Part shown: positions 60,164 through 64,000 of the stretch, in pieces
Layout: each line of letters opens with the position of its first letter
Numbering within the stretch: position 1 is the first letter of the stretch
Assembly (NCBI GenBank): GCA_039179675.1
Contig: JBCDEP010000007.1
Coordinates: 1,979 to 65,978, forward strand
DNA length: 64,000 nucleotides
Direction of reading: 5' to 3'
DNA from: Cyanobacteria bacterium P01_G01_bin.67
GTDB taxonomy: Bacteria > Cyanobacteriota > Cyanobacteriia > Cyanobacteriales > Xenococcaceae
Notes under the pieces: model-generated
What the model saw: only the letters and a program-made list of their open reading frames with translations
Databases searched by the model: none
Told to the model about the DNA's origin: nothing
Position numbers and translations under genes: made by a program

Positions 60164-61657
60164 ATGGCTAAAGCAAAACAAATCTATGTCTGCAACAATT
60201 GTGCTGCTGAATATAGTCAATGGTTTGGATTATGTAAAGACTGTAATGAGTTTGGCACCATTTCTGAAGAGCCAGTGGAGGTATCTTCTGGGGGAGGATA
60301 TAGCCGTGGAGGATGGCAGTCGGGAACCCGCTCTAATAATAAGGTATCAGGAGCAGCTAAACCAAGAGTCTCGCTGAAGTTTTCGGAGATTAATAATGAT
60401 GTTCAAGAACGGTTTCCTTCTGGGTACGGAGAATTTGATCGCGTCTTGGGGGGAGGAGTTGTTCCTGGTTCTTTAGTACTGATTGGAGGAGATCCTGGCA
60501 TTGGTAAATCAACTTTACTGTTACAGGTGGCAAACAAGCTCTCTTATAATTTGCCGCGAATTCTCTATGTTTCGGCAGAGGAGTCGGGACAACAGGTAAA
60601 ATTGAGAGCCTCTCGTTTAGATGTGGCGGATACTAAAGCAACAGCAGCTAATGGTAGCCAGAATGGCAACAGCTCCAAAAAAGAGAATAATCTCTATGTG
60701 ATGCCAGAAACAGACTTAGAAGAAATATTGCGTGAACTGGAATCTTTGAAGCCGCAAGTTGCGGTAATTGATAGTATTCAAACTCTACACTTCGCGGCAT
60801 TAACATCTTCTCCTGGTTCGGTAGCCCAGGTGAGAGAATGCACTTCGGCATTAATGCAGGTAGGAAAAAGAGAAAATATTACACTCTTAATTGTGGGTCA
60901 TGTGACTAAAGAGGGAGCGATCGCTGGACCGAGAGTCTTAGAACACTTGGTAGATACAGTACTCTATTTTGAGGGCGATCGCTATGCTTCCCATCGTCTA
61001 TTGCGTTCGGTGAAAAATCGTTTCGGTGCCACCCATGAAATTGGCATTTTTGAGATGGCAGAAGGGGGTTTAGTGGAGGTAGATAATCCCTCGGAATTAT
61101 TTTTAGGTAATCGTGATGAAGCTTCTCCTGGTACTTCGATTGTGGTGGCATGTGAAGGAACACGCCCGATTGTGGTCGAGGTGCAGGCATTAGTTAGCCC
61201 CACTAGCTATACTTCCCCTCGTCGTTCAACTACTGGCATTGACTATAATCGTCTTCAACAAATTCTGGCAGTATTGGAAAAAAGAGTCGGAGTTCCCTTA
61301 TCAAAACTTGATGCTTATGTTGCCTCTGTCGGTGGTTTGGGAGTGGGAGAACCTGCCGCTGATTTGGGAGTGGCGATCGCCATTGTCGCCAGTTTCCGTG
61401 ATCGGGTAGTCGATCCTCGCACCGTCTTGATTGGCGAAGTGGGTTTAGGAGGGCAGGTACGGTTAGTTTCTCAGATGGAATTACGGCTCAAAGAAGCAGC
61501 GAAATTGGGATTCAAAAAAGCGATCGTGCCTAAAGGACAAAGTTTGCCTGATGATATTGGGTTGGAAATTATTCCCATCTCCAAAGTGATTGACGCCATT
61601 ATTGCTGCTATTCCATCAGAGAGATCTGGTGATTTTACCGTAGTTGCCGAAGAGTGA
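60164..61657 (+). CDS. radA: DNA repair protein RadA/Sms
   Basis: The ATG at 60164 (MAKAKQIYVCNNCAAEYSQWFGLCKDC, zinc finger) is preferred over the track start. It has Walker A GDPGIGKST, the KNRFG motif, and a Lon-like C-terminal domain. Confidence 0.95.
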   Translation: MAKAKQIYVCNNCAAEYSQWFGLCKDCNEFGTISEEPVEVSSGGGYSRGGWQSGTRSNNKVSGAAKPRVSLKFSEINNDVQERFPSGYGEFDRVLGGGVVPGSLVLIGGDPGIGKSTLLLQVANKLSYNLPRILYVSAEESGQQVKLRASRLDVADTKATAANGSQNGNSSKKENNLYVMPETDLEEILRELESLKPQVAVIDSIQTLHFAALTSSPGSVAQVRECTSALMQVGKRENITLLIVGHVTKEGAIAGPRVLEHLVDTVLYFEGDRYASHRLLRSVKNRFGATHEIGIFEMAEGGLVEVDNPSELFLGNRDEASPGTSIVVACEGTRPIVVEVQALVSPTSYTSPRRSTTGIDYNRLQQILAVLEKRVGVPLSKLDAYVASVGGLGVGEPAADLGVAIAIVASFRDRVVDPRTVLIGEVGLGGQVRLVSQMELRLKEAAKLGFKKAIVPKGQSLPDDIGLEIIPISKVIDAIIAAIPSERSGDFTVVAEE

Positions 61658-61802
61658 TTCTATCTTGAAGAAGATACTGGAAAAACCTATTGCGAAATAC
61701 CATCATCAATCTAAATATCAACCAATCCTGACTTAAACGAGAGTTGGTTTTATGTATAGTTATCATTAGACTTATTAAGTTTAGTTAAGCATAAGAAAAA
61801 AA

Positions 61803-62288
61803 ATGAGTAGTTTAAGAGCGTCACTCGAACCGATCGCCGATTGGTTTAGTAGTTTAGGAACACCAGAGCCAATCGTTCATTGGGGGCATCCCGTAATGAT
61901 GGGGATTGTGGTATTCGTTATGGGTAGTGCCGTGGCATTAGCTGGATGGCGAGGAAGAACTTTAGCCACGACAAACGTCGAAGTAGCCGTCAAAAACAAA
62001 GCCGATCACCGCAAGATTGCGCCTTTAATGTATGTCTTTTTAGTTTCTGGATATACAGGTGGTGTCTTGTCTCTAGTGATGCAAGGACAACCTATTCTAG
62101 AAAGTCCTCATTTTCTAACAGGTACGGTGGTTATTGCCTTGCTAACTGTTAATGCGGTGATTGCTGCTACAGGATTTATTGGCAACAAAGAAACTGCGAG
62201 AACAGTTCATGCTTATGTTGGTAGTGCGGCATTATTAATTATGGTGGCTCACGCTGTATTAGGGTTGAAACTTGGGTTATCTATCTAG
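61803..62288 (+). CDS. DUF4079-like four-helix membrane protein
   Basis: 161 aa with four hydrophobic helices and conserved His residues (HWGHPVMM, HAYVGS, AHAVLG). The family name is from memory. Confidence 0.55.
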   Translation: MSSLRASLEPIADWFSSLGTPEPIVHWGHPVMMGIVVFVMGSAVALAGWRGRTLATTNVEVAVKNKADHRKIAPLMYVFLVSGYTGGVLSLVMQGQPILESPHFLTGTVVIALLTVNAVIAATGFIGNKETARTVHAYVGSAALLIMVAHAVLGLKLGLSI

Positions 62289-62950
62289 CTTGCTATTAAG
62301 AGTTATCTAAATATTTTTTAATCTTTTTAAGCTAGTTCAAGTAAGATATCTCACAGCATAGGTTGCTAACTGATGATGACTAAACTCTCAATAAGGGCTT
62401 GTGTCATCATCATAATAGATATTTATTCTATTAATGTTTGGAGCATCTATTGTTTATAATTACGCCTTAACAATAAACAAATTTCAAGAAATAGAACCCA
62501 TTCTATTTAAATAAAACTGCTATATTAGGCAGATAACAATTTTATTCTTTATAAGTTTACTTTAAAAGAATGGATAATATCCTCAAAACATATATAACAA
62601 AAACAAAAGCTAAGACAAAATGGATAAAATCCACCTTTACTTTTATTTTTTATTCTATTAATTGTTTGATAGCTTCTTGATTATCAAGTATTTGGTTTTG
62701 CATTTGCTCTAGATTATCTAGGCGCTGCTCAAATTCTTCATTATCAATAGCTTGAGAATATAATTGATAAAAATATTTACAGCATTATTGTAATGCAAGC
62801 TAACTGAAAATATACTAAATATTCTAGATATTTTAATTTGCTTTATTTACTTAAAACAAACATGAGATTTCGAGGAAATCGGTAGATCCAAGAAGATAAT
62901 TGAGCGCAACAGCTTATAAGTCTCTAATATTTAGGTTTAGTTGTTGATGT

Positions 62951-64000
62951 TTAATTTGATTGCAGTTCTTTTAATTTACCCTGCACATATTTATACAAAG
63001 CCAGATTATTTTGCTCTTTGAATAATTTTGCCGCCTGCTGAAGATTTTTAAGAGCTTCGTCTTGTTTCCCCACAATGTGTTGAACTAAACCTAGATTGCC
63101 ATAGGCTTCTGCATAATTTGGCTTTAGTTTGATTGCCATTTGATGGTCTTTGATCGCCTGGCGATACTTTTTGGTTTTATTGTACGCTACTGCTCGATTG
63201 TAATATGCTGTTCCATATTCAGGGTTGAGACGAATGGCGCTACTAAAATCAGCGATCGCCTTTTGATAGTCTTGAGCAGACAAATAACTAGTTCCCCGAT
63301 TGTAATGTGTGGCTGCATGACGAGGATTATATTTAATTACATGCGTATAGTCAGAGATCGCGTTGGGATAGTCTTGAGTTTTATGGTAAACATTTGCTCG
63401 ATTGTAATAGGCTTCAAGATCTTGAGGATTGAGGGCAATTGCTTGATTGTAATCGGCAAGAGCCTGAGGATACTGCTTTGTTATATTGAAGGTATTGCCG
63501 CGGTTATAATATGCCTCTTCGTCATTGGGTTGCAAACTAATTACCTGAGTGTAATCAGCGATCGCTTGTTGATGTTGCTCTAGTTTATTGTATGCTAGAG
63601 CGCGATTATAGTAAGCATCAGTGTAGTTAGGATTGAGACTGATTGCCTGGTTCAAGTCGGCGATCGCCTGTTGATATTGTTTTAGCTGATTGTGGCTAGT
63701 GCCACGATTAAAATATGCTTTAGCATAATTCGGAGAGAGCTTAATCGCTGCTGTGTAGTCGGCAATAGCTTGCGGAAAATTTTGTAATCTTCCATAGCCG
63801 TAACCTCGAAACATATATGCCAGAGCCTCTTTAGCATTACGCTGCAATACTCGATCTAAGTCTTTAATTCCCGAACGATAGTCTTCCCAAGAATAGAAAA
63901 GTTCACTACGACGGTAATAAAGTTCGGTATTGTGGGGTTCTTGTTGCAGTTGCCGATTCAATTCATCCAGAGCTTGCTGCTGTTCTGGAGCTATCTGTTT
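62951..64000 (-). CDS. TPR-repeat protein (5' end probably beyond the window)
   Basis: It has at least 8 consecutive 34-aa TPR units of the form AIADYxQAIxLNPxxxxAYYNRG. The reading frame stays open upstream of the TTG at comp 63961 to the window edge. Confidence 0.8.
   Translation of the reverse strand, partial: KQIAPEQQQALDELNRQLQQEPHNTELYYRRSELFYSWEDYRSGIKDLDRVLQRNAKEALAYMFRGYGYGRLQNFPQAIADYTAAIKLSPNYAKAYFNRGTSHNQLKQYQQAIADLNQAISLNPNYTDAYYNRALAYNKLEQHQQAIADYTQVISLQPNDEEAYYNRGNTFNITKQYPQALADYNQAIALNPQDLEAYYNRANVYHKTQDYPNAISDYTHVIKYNPRHAATHYNRGTSYLSAQDYQKAIADFSSAIRLNPEYGTAYYNRAVAYNKTKKYRQAIKDHQMAIKLKPNYAEAYGNLGLVQHIVGKQDEALKNLQQAAKLFKEQNNLALYKYVQGKLKELQSN

Noticed and set aside
1-64000. Numerous 60-190-aa ORFs antisense to or out of frame within long genes. 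Examples are 581-766, 1341-1724, 4994-5395, 14462-15097, 19975-20487, 46103-46500, 46837-47418, 57686-58148 and 63140-63583.
   Set aside because: Each lies wholly inside a well-supported longer gene and has a skewed composition (Ser/Leu/Arg/Ile-rich). They are typical shadow ORFs and have no independent support.
1-64000. A search by eye for CRISPR arrays, IS or transposase genes, integrases, prophage genes, restriction-modification, toxin-antitoxin or other defence modules.
   Set aside because: None was found. The repeats present are HIP1 octamers, short hairpins and coding tandem repeats, and all sizeable ORFs have housekeeping or signalling assignments. Small or highly divergent systems cannot be excluded without profile searches.

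Overview
The window looks like core chromosome from a cyanobacterium. The evidence is frequent HIP1 (GCGATCGC) octamers in genes and spacers, AT-rich spacers, and phycobilisome, NDH-1 and RpaB genes. About 60 protein genes and one tRNA can be supported. Left to right they are:
- a GT9 glycosyltransferase (partial) and ispD
- a five-gene prepilin-like cluster next to a secreted beta-helix/SPOR-like protein
- comB, a CheY-like regulator, glgA, a NUDIX gene, ndhN and a ClpC-like ATPase
- a TrmH-family methyltransferase, tRNA-Leu(CAG), murA, ftsY, a GAF-PP2C phosphatase, argH and ssb
- a polysaccharide and GDP-fucose block (GT39, GT4, priming sugar transferase, gmd, fcl)
- a LuxR and PD40-lipoprotein pair
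- nblA, cpcS and cpcG
- a hybrid histidine kinase followed by a REC-GGDEF-EAL regulator
- rluD, obg, rnj-dapA-asd and tig-clpP-clpX
- a Ser/Thr kinase, rpaB, radA and a TPR protein (partial)

I saw no CRISPR array, transposase, integrase, phage gene or recognisable defence or toxin-antitoxin module, so I cannot point to an obvious new multi-gene system. The observations most worth a second look are:
- the stand-alone pseudopilin cluster
- a GC-rich, helix-dense element of about 160 nt between tRNA-Leu and murA that no gene explains
- murA and rluD, which both lack any in-frame ATG/GTG/TTG upstream of their conserved N-termini and seem to start at SD-preceded ATT codons
- a hybrid kinase whose ATP-binding boxes are degenerate
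- an RNase J C-terminal tail carrying RRRRRSSS, which resembles the RNase E motif that recruits PNPase
- a ClpC paralogue without the middle (UVR) domain
- a palindromic in-frame insertion in ispD
- a frameshift-split hypothetical gene

All functional calls come from reading the translated ORFs from memory of protein families. No database search was run.
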